From IMG/VR virus record IMGVR_UViG_3300014204_000112, positions 64,001-128,000 of that record: a DNA stretch of 64,000 nt; one strand, written 5' to 3'. Below, piece after piece: positions 9,618-19,786 of this stretch. Within the stretch, counting starts at the first letter, position 1, and the number at the start of each line of letters is the position of its first letter. The stretch comes from a virus (taxonomy: Duplodnaviria; Caudoviricetes). The notes below the pieces were generated by a model. It saw only the letters and a program-made list of their open reading frames with translations. It did no database searches and was not told the origin of the DNA. A program made the translations under genes and the position numbers.

Positions 9618-11603
9618 TTATGATTGTGCTCTGCGCTTGAGAGCTTCAATGTACGCGTTGGAATAACCACGCTGTACTTGATTTACTTGATCTATCGATA
9701 CGTAACCCTCTTTACCTTGGTTTTCGTTGATAGCTGTGTTATTTATATTTGCACTTTGTGCAATTCTTTCATTGATTCCCCTTAGATCGCGAGTGTCCCA
9801 GAAAGCTTTCGCTTGGTAAGGAGTGTTGATCACTACGGTTGAAGCTTGAGCGGCGATCCAATTGAGTTCGACTTCGTTCATCTTCTCGTATAGAGGTTTG
9901 TACTTTTCTGGCATGAAGCGAATGTAAGTAGGAGTATTCTCTGTCTGTTTGTTCATTACTGCTTCCATGATGTTGATCACTTCGGATTCATTGAAGAACA
10001 CTGCTCCACGTAGTGTCTCAACGATTGCGGTCTTGATGTCCGGTTCGAGAGCGTAGAACTTCTGTTTGTTTTCAGTAGTCAAAAGCTTCAGGAACGGGTA
10101 TTTGCTTTCGAGAACGGCATTTGCTGAATTCGATTTGATGTTTGCAAGGATTCCGTCAACTGCTGAAACGAGGTCTTCTACTGGAGAAGCATCCGTCACG
10201 TTAACTTTGCTTTCGTTTAGCTGAGCGACATCGGACAGTAACCTACGCGTTGTGAGCTTAGTGTTAGGACCAACTTTCTGGTTCATCGTTTCAGCAACGT
10301 ATTCCGTGTAAGCGATACCCTTCTGGATGTTTCCGCCGAGGTATTCAGCATACTTGATAGCTTCGTTCAAACTCTTTGCTAGGTAATTGGAGTAATTCAA
10401 GCCCTTTGACGATTGCTCAGCAACGTATTCGGTGTACTGAATTCCCTTATCCAACTGTTCAGCTAGATAATTACCGAACTTGATACTCTTCTCTGTCATT
10501 CCGCCAACGTATTCAGCGTAATTGATGTTCTGGTTCAGTTTTTCTCCCAGGTAGTTAGAGAAGTGGATATTCTTTTCGGTCATTCCTGCTAGGTAATCGC
10601 TGTAGTCAATCACGTGATTTACCTTTTCGGCAACGTGTTCTGTGTAACCAATTCCCTTGTTCAACATTGTCGATAGGTAGTTGGTAAACTCAACGATCTT
10701 TTCCATTTCGCCAGCCAGGTAATTAGTGAACTTGACCAATTTCTCGGTAACCGGAAGGTCATCAGTTTTTTCGCTAAGAGCTAGCAAACCAGCGTTATTG
10801 TTATTGATGCTTTCACGAAGGGATTCGATTTGCTTCTTAACAACTTTTGAATACTGGTTATATTCTTCTCTTGTTACTAAGTCATTAGCCATTTGCTTTT
10901 CGTTATTTTGTAGAGTCTTGGTTTCAGGATTATTTATTTTGTAAACTCTCACAGAATCCTCGAAGTTAAAGCTTTCGGAAACATCCATCAAGTTGTTTGT
11001 TACCGAATGAGCCTTAAGGAAATCTAGGGATTCGAAGAGCATAGTGTAATTACCCTGTAGGTTTTCCGCAACCTGAGACAGGGCGGCTTGTGCGAACCCG
11101 GGCTCGGCCACGAGGTCGTACGTAAATATTTTATGAAGTTTGACCTTGCCGTTGTCAAGAACTTGACCGGCAGCTCTCGAGGAAATCGAGATTACACAAC
11201 CTGCTAGAACTAAGGTTTTTGCGATTCTTCCGCTAGGTGTATCGAGAAGTTTTACTTTGATCTTTACGCTGTTGGACGCTTTATCATGGTCCAATGCGAG
11301 GATAACGTGAGACACGTTCTTTAGCGAAACGTCGAAGCTCTGTGGGTGATCGAGCTCCCCGAATAACTGGCCTTTCTTGATCTTCTCAACCAAATAGGTG
11401 AGATGAGGAAGGTATTCAGCTTCCTCGTAAACGCGGTTGTTATCGTTCTTCTGGCCAAAAACCGCACAAGTTCCGTCCATAATGATGTCACCGGTTTCAG
11501 TCGTGGTGACACCTAACGGTGTGTTCGATCTTTCTAGAATAAAGACAACGTCCTTAGGTAGTAAGGTCGGCGTTTGTAGATTTACTGCGGTAGTACTAGT
11601 CAA
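9618..11603 (-). CDS. gp21: Prohead core protease (gp21-like) fused to a scaffold-like repeat domain
   Basis: Motifs NDNNRVY, GELDHP, VSHVI, LLDTPSG, ISSRAAG and TYDLVAEPGF; TTG start; directly upstream of the capsid gene. Confidence 0.9.
   Translation of the reverse strand: MTSTTAVNLQTPTLLPKDVVFILERSNTPLGVTTTETGDIIMDGTCAVFGQKNDNNRVYEEAEYLPHLTYLVEKIKKGQLFGELDHPQSFDVSLKNVSHVILALDHDKASNSVKIKVKLLDTPSGRIAKTLVLAGCVISISSRAAGQVLDNGKVKLHKIFTYDLVAEPGFAQAALSQVAENLQGNYTMLFESLDFLKAHSVTNNLMDVSESFNFEDSVRVYKINNPETKTLQNNEKQMANDLVTREEYNQYSKVVKKQIESLRESINNNNAGLLALSEKTDDLPVTEKLVKFTNYLAGEMEKIVEFTNYLSTMLNKGIGYTEHVAEKVNHVIDYSDYLAGMTEKNIHFSNYLGEKLNQNINYAEYVGGMTEKSIKFGNYLAEQLDKGIQYTEYVAEQSSKGLNYSNYLAKSLNEAIKYAEYLGGNIQKGIAYTEYVAETMNQKVGPNTKLTTRRLLSDVAQLNESKVNVTDASPVEDLVSAVDGILANIKSNSANAVLESKYPFLKLLTTENKQKFYALEPDIKTAIVETLRGAVFFNESEVINIMEAVMNKQTENTPTYIRFMPEKYKPLYEKMNEVELNWIAAQASTVVINTPYQAKAFWDTRDLRGINERIAQSANINNTAINENQGKEGYVSIDQVNQVQRGYSNAYIEALKRRAQS
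10279..10740 (-). repeat. Eleven tandem 14-aa repeats (xIxYxxYLAExxxK) in the protease-scaffold fusion
   Basis: Repeats run from LVKFTNYLAGEMEK to GIAYTEYVAETMNQ. Confidence 0.85.
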
Positions 11604-11622
11604 CTCCGTGAGACTTTTTTGA

Positions 11623-11630
11623 TATTTATA
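11623..11630 (-). promoter_or_regulatory. T4-type late promoter TATAAATA
   Basis: Exact T4 gp55 consensus about 20 nt upstream of the protease gene. Confidence 0.75.
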
Positions 11631-11667
11631 ACGGGCCCACTATTAAAACAAGGGGTACCCGCTATCG

Positions 11668-12567
11668 TTATTTATCAAAGTCTCTAAGTAATTCTTTAAG
11701 AGTTGCTAGCTTATCGTCACTAATTTTTGAAAGGTCTGGCTTTTTGACGGTGATGTTGAATATGTATGAGCCTCGTTTGCCGAATGCCGAGACTAAACCC
11801 TGTTCAGGGATTCTCACCTGTATGTTGGAAAGGGTAGGCGAATTGATTGAGTTGATCTTGTACTTTTTGCCGAATGGATTTTGGAGAAAAAGTTCATTTG
11901 TGAACAGTATGTCGCTAAGAGAAAGTTCGACGGTTTGGACCAAATCTGAAGCATCAGTTATCTCGAGACCTTCCGTGTCGATGATGATCCGTATGAAAAG
12001 ATCGCCAGTAGCTTCTCCATGGTGCCTTCTGTGAAACACATCGTCGAAGCCATCGATTTCTTGGCTTGAACCAGCATACCGCATTCTCACGATTATTCCG
12101 AGCTTTCCGCCGATCAGAGCAAGAGGATAACCATTGGTAGACAAGTTCACCTTGTACCTAACGGTCTTGTGCTCGATCTTGGATTCAGAAAGGCTTGACT
12201 TGGAAATCTGATAAGAAACTGAATCCTCGATGCCATTCATCAGTTCGGATATTTTGAAATGACGATCAACATGAATGTTCAAATGTTCGAGGTCCATCAT
12301 CGAGAAAGCAACATTTCTGAATCTCGAGTACGGGTCGTTCGCTGGGTTAGCTGTTACTGGATGGTCGAGTTGGTAATCGTACTCTGCTCGTTTCTTCTTA
12401 TCACTAAGAGTGGAGTAGGCTTCATTGATTTTCTTGAAATGTTCCTCTCCATTCGGATTTTTGTCCGGATGATATTCCTTGGACAGCTTTCGAAACGATT
12501 TCTTTATGTCTGTGTCCGACGTGTTACGCGCGACCTGTAGGATAGAATAATAGGTTTCGGCTTCCAA
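11668..12567 (-). CDS. dnaJ: DnaJ-family co-chaperone
   Basis: J domain YYSILQV...YHPDKN...[10 protein letters not shown]; DnaJ C-terminal motif GDLFIRI; no zinc finger. Confidence 0.9.
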   Translation of the reverse strand: MEAETYYSILQVARNTSDTDIKKSFRKLSKEYHPDKNPNGEEHFKKINEAYSTLSDKKKRAEYDYQLDHPVTANPANDPYSRFRNVAFSMMDLEHLNIHVDRHFKISELMNGIEDSVSYQISKSSLSESKIEHKTVRYKVNLSTNGYPLALIGGKLGIIVRMRYAGSSQEIDGFDDVFHRRHHGEATGDLFIRIIIDTEGLEITDASDLVQTVELSLSDILFTNELFLQNPFGKKYKINSINSPTLSNIQVRIPEQGLVSAFGKRGSYIFNITVKKPDLSKISDDKLATLKELLRDFDK

Positions 12568-12643
12568 ATCTGTTCGTACTTTTTTAGTATATTACTACTT
12601 AATTGAACATTTGGTTCAAAAGTCCTTAAAATAATCCGCTTTC

Positions 12644-15205
12644 ATGCTGATTTTCACCTACTATGATGAAACTTCTAAATTTGTTTTCATGAAATCCATG
12701 GAATCAGTTAGTCGAGCATTAGATAATGCGAAAACAATTTCCTTAGTTATCTTGTCAAATAGTCAACCATCAGCGAAAGAAATTTCGCAATTGAATACTT
12801 GGTTCTCTACTACTTCCGTGATAAAACCTACTAGAGTTAAGGAACCGGATACTGCCATATCAGGTAAGCCAAATACGGAATTTGTGGAAATTCTATTAAC
12901 TTATTCAGCTTACGATCAATTGTATGTCGACCCGAATATCATTCTGACAAATAAGTTAATCATCCCTATTGATACTTCACTATTTTTCAAACAGTATAGG
13001 GGTCAGCTCTCAACTAAGCTAGTTTATTTGAAGGCAGGCACGCAATTCAACACGGCATTTTCTACGATAAGCAAGGGAAAATGGATAACGAACATAACCG
13101 ACATGGAATTCACGTACGTTGTTCACAATAATTTCTTGATTCCAAAGAAAGTACATCCGAACAGTATTCTTAACGGAAAAGCATTCAGTGAGTCGGCGAT
13201 AACGAATATCGTAATAACTGATCAAGCAGCGATGGATATTAGCAATGTTGACTTACAGAATAGCAAAATACAAAAAATTCTAACTCAAGTACTTCCATCC
13301 ACTGGGACTCGAATACTGTCACGAATTTTGAAAAAATCGGAGAGTAGCGAACTCGTACCTTTCTCAGCACTGATCGGAGAAAATAAAGAGGTTGCAATCA
13401 TGAAGCCCAAACCGAAATCTGTCATCAAACATATCGTAATGGAACTGCCATTCTACGATAAAACTTCGGGAGGAATAAATCGGTCGCTGAGAATAGTGAT
13501 GGAGCTTCCGTATTACTCAAAAATATGTGGAGGAGTAAGAGACAGCGTTTTAATAGCACAACAGTTTACTCCTACTGCGGAATTACGGTTTCAGCGGTTA
13601 ATCTCTGAAAGTAATCCAGCTGAACTATCAACTAAATGGTCAGTTGGATTACCTGATGAATCTTTCCCTACTTGCGATATTTGCATAACGTATTCTGATA
13701 ATCTGTACCTTGAAAAATTAGTGAACTTGCCACAAGTTGGAAAAGTTTACATTCTCATGCTGTCATACGGAATGAACCTTCCAGTAGAGAGAGCTAACGT
13801 TTTGAATCCAAAGGTAACCGTTCTGTGTTCGAGCAAAAAACTCGAGAAAGCAATATCTGAAGAAAAAGTAAAGGTATACCGTCTCGGTCTAGGTTTAGAC
13901 ATGTCAGCAATGTACGTTGATAAGGAAATTAAGAGAAAGAAGTACTTGGCCATCCTTTACAATAACATGCTAATGAAAAAGTACACCACTGCTGTGGAAG
14001 TAGCCAACACCTTGTATAAGAACAAAATCATAGATGGCGTGATAACGTTTGGACGAGAAGAGGGATATTCCAATTTCCCAAAACCGATCGGCCTGGTAAA
14101 ACACTATGCTAAAGCAACGCCGGACCAGATCCGTGAAATTTTCAATACATGTCAATGCTTTCTTATGCCTTCAGTTACTGAGGGTCTAAACTTAACTCCA
14201 ATAGAGTCCACTCTTTGCGGTTGCCCTGCCATACTATGTGATGGAGCAATTAACGAAGTGTTCTTCGATCGAGTAAACTGCTTCATCTCCCCACCGGAAG
14301 ATACGAGCACAATGGTCGCTTTGTGTACTGAAGTAATGAATAAGTTCAATAAGTATTCCAATGCTTTTAGAAAAGACATGCAATCTCTCGTAGATACCAT
14401 GACCTGGCCAGCAGTTTACGATAAACTAACGACAGTACTATTAGAAACCGAACCAAAAAACGTAGTCATAATTCCAGTTCACAATCAGTTAGATTACCTA
14501 AAGTCTTGTGTTAAAACCGTTGTAGAAAAAACCGACAATTTGAAACTTATCATTGTCAATGACGGTTCGACTGATAAGGAGATCAATTCTTGGGTGCAAG
14601 CGAACATTGACTGCACGTTAATCAATCACGAAACTCCTCAGGGCTTTTCTGCTGCTTGCAATGATGGAATCGATTTCGCTATGAAAAATTTCGATTTTCA
14701 CTGTTTGTGCTTGCTTAATAGTGATACTGAGATTATTACGGATGGATGGTTCGATAAGATAGAAAGAGAAATGCGTAGACATGATCTCGGAATCGCTGGG
14801 CCGGTTAGCAATAATGCGGTTTGCCAAACTGTACGGGAACCGTTTACTTACATGAAAAATATCGAAACCAAACCAGTAATCTATACTCCGTTAGTTCATG
14901 GGTTCTGTTACTTTATCAGAAAGGACGTCATAACTAAAATCGGAATGCTGGATGGCATTCTGTTTCCGCATTACGGTAGTGAGGACGATTATTCGCTAAG
15001 ATCCCTACGTTTCGGTTTTAGAAGCGCAATTGTAGGATCTGTGTTCGTAAAGCATAATGGTGAAGCTAGTTATTCTCCTAGTAAGAGAGCTGAACTATTA
15101 AAGACCAGTGTTCCTAACTTATCCAAACGTTGGGGAAATGCGCACGTAAGCGAATGCGTTTCTTTAGCTACTCAAGCCTTCAAAAAACTAAACGAAGATC
15201 TATGA
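12644..15205 (+). CDS. Multidomain glycosyltransferase (GT-B/GT4 plus GT2)
   Basis: GT4 motif PSVTEGLNLTPIES..CGCP; GT2 motifs IIPVHNQ, VNDGSTD, GFSAACN, LLNSD and SEDDY. Confidence 0.88.
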   Translation: MLIFTYYDETSKFVFMKSMESVSRALDNAKTISLVILSNSQPSAKEISQLNTWFSTTSVIKPTRVKEPDTAISGKPNTEFVEILLTYSAYDQLYVDPNIILTNKLIIPIDTSLFFKQYRGQLSTKLVYLKAGTQFNTAFSTISKGKWITNITDMEFTYVVHNNFLIPKKVHPNSILNGKAFSESAITNIVITDQAAMDISNVDLQNSKIQKILTQVLPSTGTRILSRILKKSESSELVPFSALIGENKEVAIMKPKPKSVIKHIVMELPFYDKTSGGINRSLRIVMELPYYSKICGGVRDSVLIAQQFTPTAELRFQRLISESNPAELSTKWSVGLPDESFPTCDICITYSDNLYLEKLVNLPQVGKVYILMLSYGMNLPVERANVLNPKVTVLCSSKKLEKAISEEKVKVYRLGLGLDMSAMYVDKEIKRKKYLAILYNNMLMKKYTTAVEVANTLYKNKIIDGVITFGREEGYSNFPKPIGLVKHYAKATPDQIREIFNTCQCFLMPSVTEGLNLTPIESTLCGCPAILCDGAINEVFFDRVNCFISPPEDTSTMVALCTEVMNKFNKYSNAFRKDMQSLVDTMTWPAVYDKLTTVLLETEPKNVVIIPVHNQLDYLKSCVKTVVEKTDNLKLIIVNDGSTDKEINSWVQANIDCTLINHETPQGFSAACNDGIDFAMKNFDFHCLCLLNSDTEIITDGWFDKIEREMRRHDLGIAGPVSNNAVCQTVREPFTYMKNIETKPVIYTPLVHGFCYFIRKDVITKIGMLDGILFPHYGSEDDYSLRSLRFGFRSAIVGSVFVKHNGEASYSPSKRAELLKTSVPNLSKRWGNAHVSECVSLATQAFKKLNEDL

Positions 15206-15930
15206 TAAATGTCATTCAGTTACCTGCGGAACATTATCTTAATGCAATAGAAAAAAATGAACCCTTCTCATTTTCTAGGTTCGGTGACGGTGAAGTTTTG
15301 TGCATGTTGCGCCCGGAATTTTATAAGAATCGGCCGCAGTACAAGGATTGGATATTCACATGTGGTATCGAATTGAAACAGATTTTCAAAAACAAGTATG
15401 ACTATTACCACTGTTTTTTAGATTGCACATTTTGGAATAGGGGACCACACCCAGGAGACGATTTCGAAATTTTTCTTAACGAAACTTGCCCAGACTTTCT
15501 ATTTTACGATGGCGAAATCTGGCAGAACCTTTCATTCTCTGGAGAAATTACGAAAATAACTAGAACGATTTCTCCGTATAATCCAGTTTTCATCGGTGGA
15601 AAGCACCTGGCAAATATGAAATACGTTACTGGGATGGATCACAATATTGAGTTGATTGCTATCGACGATAATAACGGGTACTTAGAAAGAGATCAAGTAA
15701 AGGATGCTATACTGAAAAAAGTAGAAGAAGGACATCGCCTTTTTTGTTTTAGTGCAAGCGTTCTTACTAAAGTGTTGGTGGACGAGCTTTATCCAGTAAT
15801 CGGAGATTCGTGCTTCTTAATTGATTTCGGCAGTATGTTCGATCCGTACTGCGGGATTCTATCCAGGTCGACTATGGTGTCCGTTGGATTTGAAAAATTT
15901 CAACCGTACACCACTTTGCGCTTATCCTAG
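15202..15930 (+). CDS. GT-D fold (DUF1792-like) putative glycosyltransferase
   Basis: Motifs FSRFGDGE and IDFGS; start moved to the ATG overlapping the upstream stop. Confidence 0.7.
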   Translation: MINVIQLPAEHYLNAIEKNEPFSFSRFGDGEVLCMLRPEFYKNRPQYKDWIFTCGIELKQIFKNKYDYYHCFLDCTFWNRGPHPGDDFEIFLNETCPDFLFYDGEIWQNLSFSGEITKITRTISPYNPVFIGGKHLANMKYVTGMDHNIELIAIDDNNGYLERDQVKDAILKKVEEGHRLFCFSASVLTKVLVDELYPVIGDSCFLIDFGSMFDPYCGILSRSTMVSVGFEKFQPYTTLRLS

Positions 15931-15968
15931 TGGCAGTATCGTAGTATAAAAGTAAAAATATCAATGGC

Positions 15969-16544
15969 ATGGCAGCAAAAACTTCTTTTTATAGCGAATC
16001 TGAATTAGCTGAACTCGGATTCAAAAGCTTTGGAAAAAACGTGTTAATTAGCAGGTATGCTAGGTTTTACGGAGCATCGAGAATAACATTGGGAAATCAT
16101 GTTAGGATCGATGATTTTTGCATAGTCAGTGCCGGTTCGGAAGTAATATTTGGGGACTACATACACATTGCGTGTTATGCGTCAATAATCGGTCAAGGAA
16201 AAATAGTGCTAGAAGATTTTACGAGCGTTGCAGCAAGAAGCACAATTCTTTCTTCGTGCGATGATTTTTCTGGAGCGGCACTGGTGAATCCGATGATCTC
16301 TGAAGAATTCCTCAACGTACTACATGCTCCAGTAATCATGAAAAAACATTCAGTAATTGGAGTCGGTACGGTTATTTTACCAGGAGTAACTCTCGAAGAA
16401 GGTTGTGCAGTTGGAGCTATGAGCTTGGTGAAACGTGACATTCCAGCATATCAGATATGGGTAGGAAACCCAGCCAGGTACGTCAAAGACCGTTTACCTG
16501 CATTAAAAAAATTAGAAAGGGAATTCCTAGATGCACAACTCTAA
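15969..16544 (+). CDS. Hexapeptide-repeat sugar N/O-acyltransferase (VioB-like)
   Basis: FYSESEL..LGFKSFGKNVLISR, RIDDFC, DDFSG and GNPAR; left-handed beta-helix repeats. Confidence 0.88.
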   Translation: MAAKTSFYSESELAELGFKSFGKNVLISRYARFYGASRITLGNHVRIDDFCIVSAGSEVIFGDYIHIACYASIIGQGKIVLEDFTSVAARSTILSSCDDFSGAALVNPMISEEFLNVLHAPVIMKKHSVIGVGTVILPGVTLEEGCAVGAMSLVKRDIPAYQIWVGNPARYVKDRLPALKKLEREFLDAQL

Positions 16545-17454
16545 GATAATTGGAACAGGTCATTTCGTTCCAAAAACAATCCTCACCAATGAAGAAATTG
16601 TCAAGTTCGTAGACACGACTGACGAATGGATAGTAAAGAACACCGGCATAAGACAACGGCATATTTGCAGCAAATGGGAATCAACTTCGTTTTTGGGCAG
16701 TAATGCTGGATCCATTGCAATGGCTAATGCTTCAATAAAACCTGAAGAAATTGACGTGGTGATAGTGGCTACCACAACGCCAGAGAAATTGTCTCCATCA
16801 ACTGCTTGCATCATAAAAGACATACTCGGTCTTAACAATGCGATCGCATTCGATATTTCTGCTGTTTGTAGTGGGTTCCTTTTTGGAATGTCCATAGCGA
16901 ATGAGTACATTCAATCCGGAAAGTACAAAAATATTCTGGTGATAGGAGTAGATGCATTTTCGAACATAACTGACTGGACTCACAGGCACTGTATTTTCTT
17001 TGGAGACGGGGCTGGAGCTGTAGTAATGAGTCGGTCTGAAGAAGCTGGTTTTCTTGGGTTTACTCTGTATTCTGACAGTCTGGACCGTGCTGGCTTCTAT
17101 TGTAATCCTGGAGAAAAGTTCGTAATGAATACTCGGTCAGTGTATGATACTGCTACTCGAGTAATGCCAATCGCAATACAGGGAGTCCTCGATCAAGTGG
17201 GAATGACCATTGATCAAGTCGATTACTTGGTTCCACACCAACCGAGCATCAGGATTCTCACCGAGGTCGCAAATCGAATCAACATACCTGTAGAAAAGGT
17301 AATGATGAACATGGACAAGTATGCTAATACAGTTGCTGGAACCATTCCAATCTTGCTAAACGAAACCTGGCATAATTACAAAAAGGGCGATATTATTCTA
17401 TTTGCCGCAATCGGTTCAGGCTGGACGTATGGTGCAGCTCTTTATCGAGTATAA
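16531..17454 (+). CDS. fabH: 3-oxoacyl-ACP synthase III
   Basis: Catalytic triad contexts AVCSGF, HQPS and YANT; also FGDGAGA. Confidence 0.93.
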   Translation: MHNSKIIGTGHFVPKTILTNEEIVKFVDTTDEWIVKNTGIRQRHICSKWESTSFLGSNAGSIAMANASIKPEEIDVVIVATTTPEKLSPSTACIIKDILGLNNAIAFDISAVCSGFLFGMSIANEYIQSGKYKNILVIGVDAFSNITDWTHRHCIFFGDGAGAVVMSRSEEAGFLGFTLYSDSLDRAGFYCNPGEKFVMNTRSVYDTATRVMPIAIQGVLDQVGMTIDQVDYLVPHQPSIRILTEVANRINIPVEKVMMNMDKYANTVAGTIPILLNETWHNYKKGDIILFAAIGSGWTYGAALYRV

Positions 17455-17468
17455 AAAATGAGAACAGT

Positions 17469-18140
17469 ATGAAAACGATGGTAGTATTCGGTGGTACTGG
17501 TGGCTTGGGAGCAAAGCTCGTACCGCTATTAAAAGAAAGGCTTGATGAAACCGGAATACACCCAGCATACAATGTTATGGTCCTTGGGTCAAAGGACGTT
17601 GACGTGACAAATTTGTCTGAGGTCAAAGCATTTTTTGATCAATACGATGTTGACATTGTTCTGAATATGAGCGGCAAAAAATACGATGCATTCTTAAGCA
17701 AGATAACCGAAGAGGATATTCCAGAAATAGAAAGCATGTTAGCTGTTAACATGATGGGAAACGTCAACATTTTAGCTGGATGTTTACCGAACATGATAAA
17801 CACGAAATGGGGGAGAGTAATTGCTATTTCGTCAGTATTCGCCGAACTTAACGTTCCAAAGAATTCTTTGTACTGCGCATCGAAGGCATTCGTTGATCGA
17901 TTGATAAGCACAGCAAATAAGGAAAACATCAAATTTGGAGTAACCTGCAATACGATTCAACTTGGGTATTGGGATGGTGGAATGGGCCAACGTATTGACT
18001 TGAAATTTCAAGAATTGGCAAAGGAAAAGATCGGTCTGAAAAGATGGGGTTCAATTCCTGAATTGTACAATACCGTAAATTACATCATAGACAATGAATA
18101 CGTTTGCGGTAGTAATTTAAGAATCGACGGCGGCCTATAA
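17469..18140 (+). CDS. SDR oxidoreductase (FabG-like)
   Basis: Rossmann motif GGTGGLG, catalytic YCASK and C-terminal IDGG. Confidence 0.9.
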   Translation: MKTMVVFGGTGGLGAKLVPLLKERLDETGIHPAYNVMVLGSKDVDVTNLSEVKAFFDQYDVDIVLNMSGKKYDAFLSKITEEDIPEIESMLAVNMMGNVNILAGCLPNMINTKWGRVIAISSVFAELNVPKNSLYCASKAFVDRLISTANKENIKFGVTCNTIQLGYWDGGMGQRIDLKFQELAKEKIGLKRWGSIPELYNTVNYIIDNEYVCGSNLRIDGGL

Positions 18141-18970
18141 TGAAATTAGCAGCAGGCTACATAGTCTTTGACGGCTTGGAGACTCTAGAAGGTTCTATCA
18201 AGTCCATTCGTAGTAATGTCGACGAAATCATCGTATCCTATCAGAAGATTTCATGGGGCGGAACAGAATCTTCTCCTGATTTAATCCAGAGACTTGAGGA
18301 GCTACGGGATCGTAAACTGATAGATCACATCATCGAATTTACTAAGTTCCGACCTAGCATCCTGAGAACTCCTGGTGAGGTACTCCAGGCAAAGAAATTC
18401 GAGCTGAACAAACGACAAGATTGTTTGTCCTTGGCTCTTTCCCATAACTGCTCTCATTACCTATCAATGGACGCTGACGAATTCTACAGAGCAGAAGAGT
18501 TCAAGGAAGCAAAGAGGCAGATCGAATCTGAAAACCTCGATGCTACTGCAGTTCATTACATCAATTACATTACTCCGACTCTAAACCGAGGATATGCAAG
18601 GTGGTTAGTTCCATTCATTTATCGAATCACGCCAAGGACCAGGCATCATGTCATGCAAACTCATTTTTCCGGAATTGATCCAACTCGTGGAATGATAGAC
18701 GACACGTATGCAAAGTGGAAAGTTTTCGAAAAGGATACGATCTCAATGCACCACATGGAAATGCTTAGAAAGGATTTGACTGGAAAGTATCTTGCCTCCA
18801 GTAGATTCTTTCCCAATCGCGCACTTCTTCCGATTCTGGAAAAGGACGTCAGAGAATCTGTAGATTCTGGCGTTTTGAAATTCACAGCATCTCATCTTGG
18901 GGATACTAGCAATCCAAGGGACGGTCAACCTCTTTTCGAATGCGAAAATGAATTCGGACTGAATCTTTAG
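18140..18970 (+). CDS. GT2-like glycosyltransferase
   Basis: Motifs SIKSIRSNVDEIIV and SMDADEFY (DxD). Confidence 0.75.
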   Translation: MKLAAGYIVFDGLETLEGSIKSIRSNVDEIIVSYQKISWGGTESSPDLIQRLEELRDRKLIDHIIEFTKFRPSILRTPGEVLQAKKFELNKRQDCLSLALSHNCSHYLSMDADEFYRAEEFKEAKRQIESENLDATAVHYINYITPTLNRGYARWLVPFIYRITPRTRHHVMQTHFSGIDPTRGMIDDTYAKWKVFEKDTISMHHMEMLRKDLTGKYLASSRFFPNRALLPILEKDVRESVDSGVLKFTASHLGDTSNPRDGQPLFECENEFGLNL

Positions 18971-19773
18971 AACTTACTTATCGTAACTGATCTCGAAAGG
19001 ACCATTGGTTTTGCAGCTTCTACTGCTGCAGTCATTGCTCCAGCTGACGCTGGCATTTTGAGGTCTATCGTGCTGGCCATCACCTTTAATAGGGCGAATA
19101 ACGGTTCTCCAAGAACTGCACTGTTCTGGATCTTGCTAGGTCCGAGAATGGTGTTCTGACCGTCAATGTGCACGGTTTTTGCAGAAACGGTTGCTTTCGA
19201 ACCCGTGGTTACTCTGACTTCAGAATCCGAAACAATTCGAATAACGTTTCCCTCTAAGGCGATCGTAGAAAGGTCATCCTTGTGTTCAATGATTATGTTG
19301 GAAGTTTCGTTGTCAATTCTGACAAACGATTTCTTAAGTTCCATTTGGAGTCCGATCTGTTTGTCGAACCAGAACTTGATCTCCTCATCTCCATCAAATA
19401 GGATGAAGTGGGCTCCCTCGTATTTCTTTCCACCCTTTCTCAATTGTTCCTTGATGTCCTCTCCGATTTCCTGTATCTGAATGTACTCTGGGCTGTAAAT
19501 ATCTCCAGTTGCGAACTGCACCTTCACTATTGCTCCGACCTTTGGGATGGAAATTGATCCGCCTCTAGCGTCCTGCCCAAAAAACATTGGTTTCGCTGCA
19601 GGCACTGCCCAAGGTATGTCTTCGACTGGAATGTCATCGAATACCGAAAACACTCGGACACGGCAACGACCTTCGTACTGTGGATCGTCAATGTCCTCAA
19701 CTTTTCCCAAGTAAGTAGAAATGAAGGTTTCCTCACTCGGTACGCCAATTAGATCGCTATCTGAATATTTCAT
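18967..19773 (-). CDS. gp5: Baseplate hub/spike protein (gp5/VgrG OB-fold), no lysozyme domain
   Basis: GKVEDIDDP..GRCRVRVF, IPWA and IPKVGAIV.V.F, followed by beta-helix-like repeats. Confidence 0.85.
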   Translation of the reverse strand: MKYSDSDLIGVPSEETFISTYLGKVEDIDDPQYEGRCRVRVFSVFDDIPVEDIPWAVPAAKPMFFGQDARGGSISIPKVGAIVKVQFATGDIYSPEYIQIQEIGEDIKEQLRKGGKKYEGAHFILFDGDEEIKFWFDKQIGLQMELKKSFVRIDNETSNIIIEHKDDLSTIALEGNVIRIVSDSEVRVTTGSKATVSAKTVHIDGQNTILGPSKIQNSAVLGEPLFALLKVMASTIDLKMPASAGAMTAAVEAAKPMVLSRSVTISKF

Positions 19774-19786
19774 GCTTGTCTTCTAC

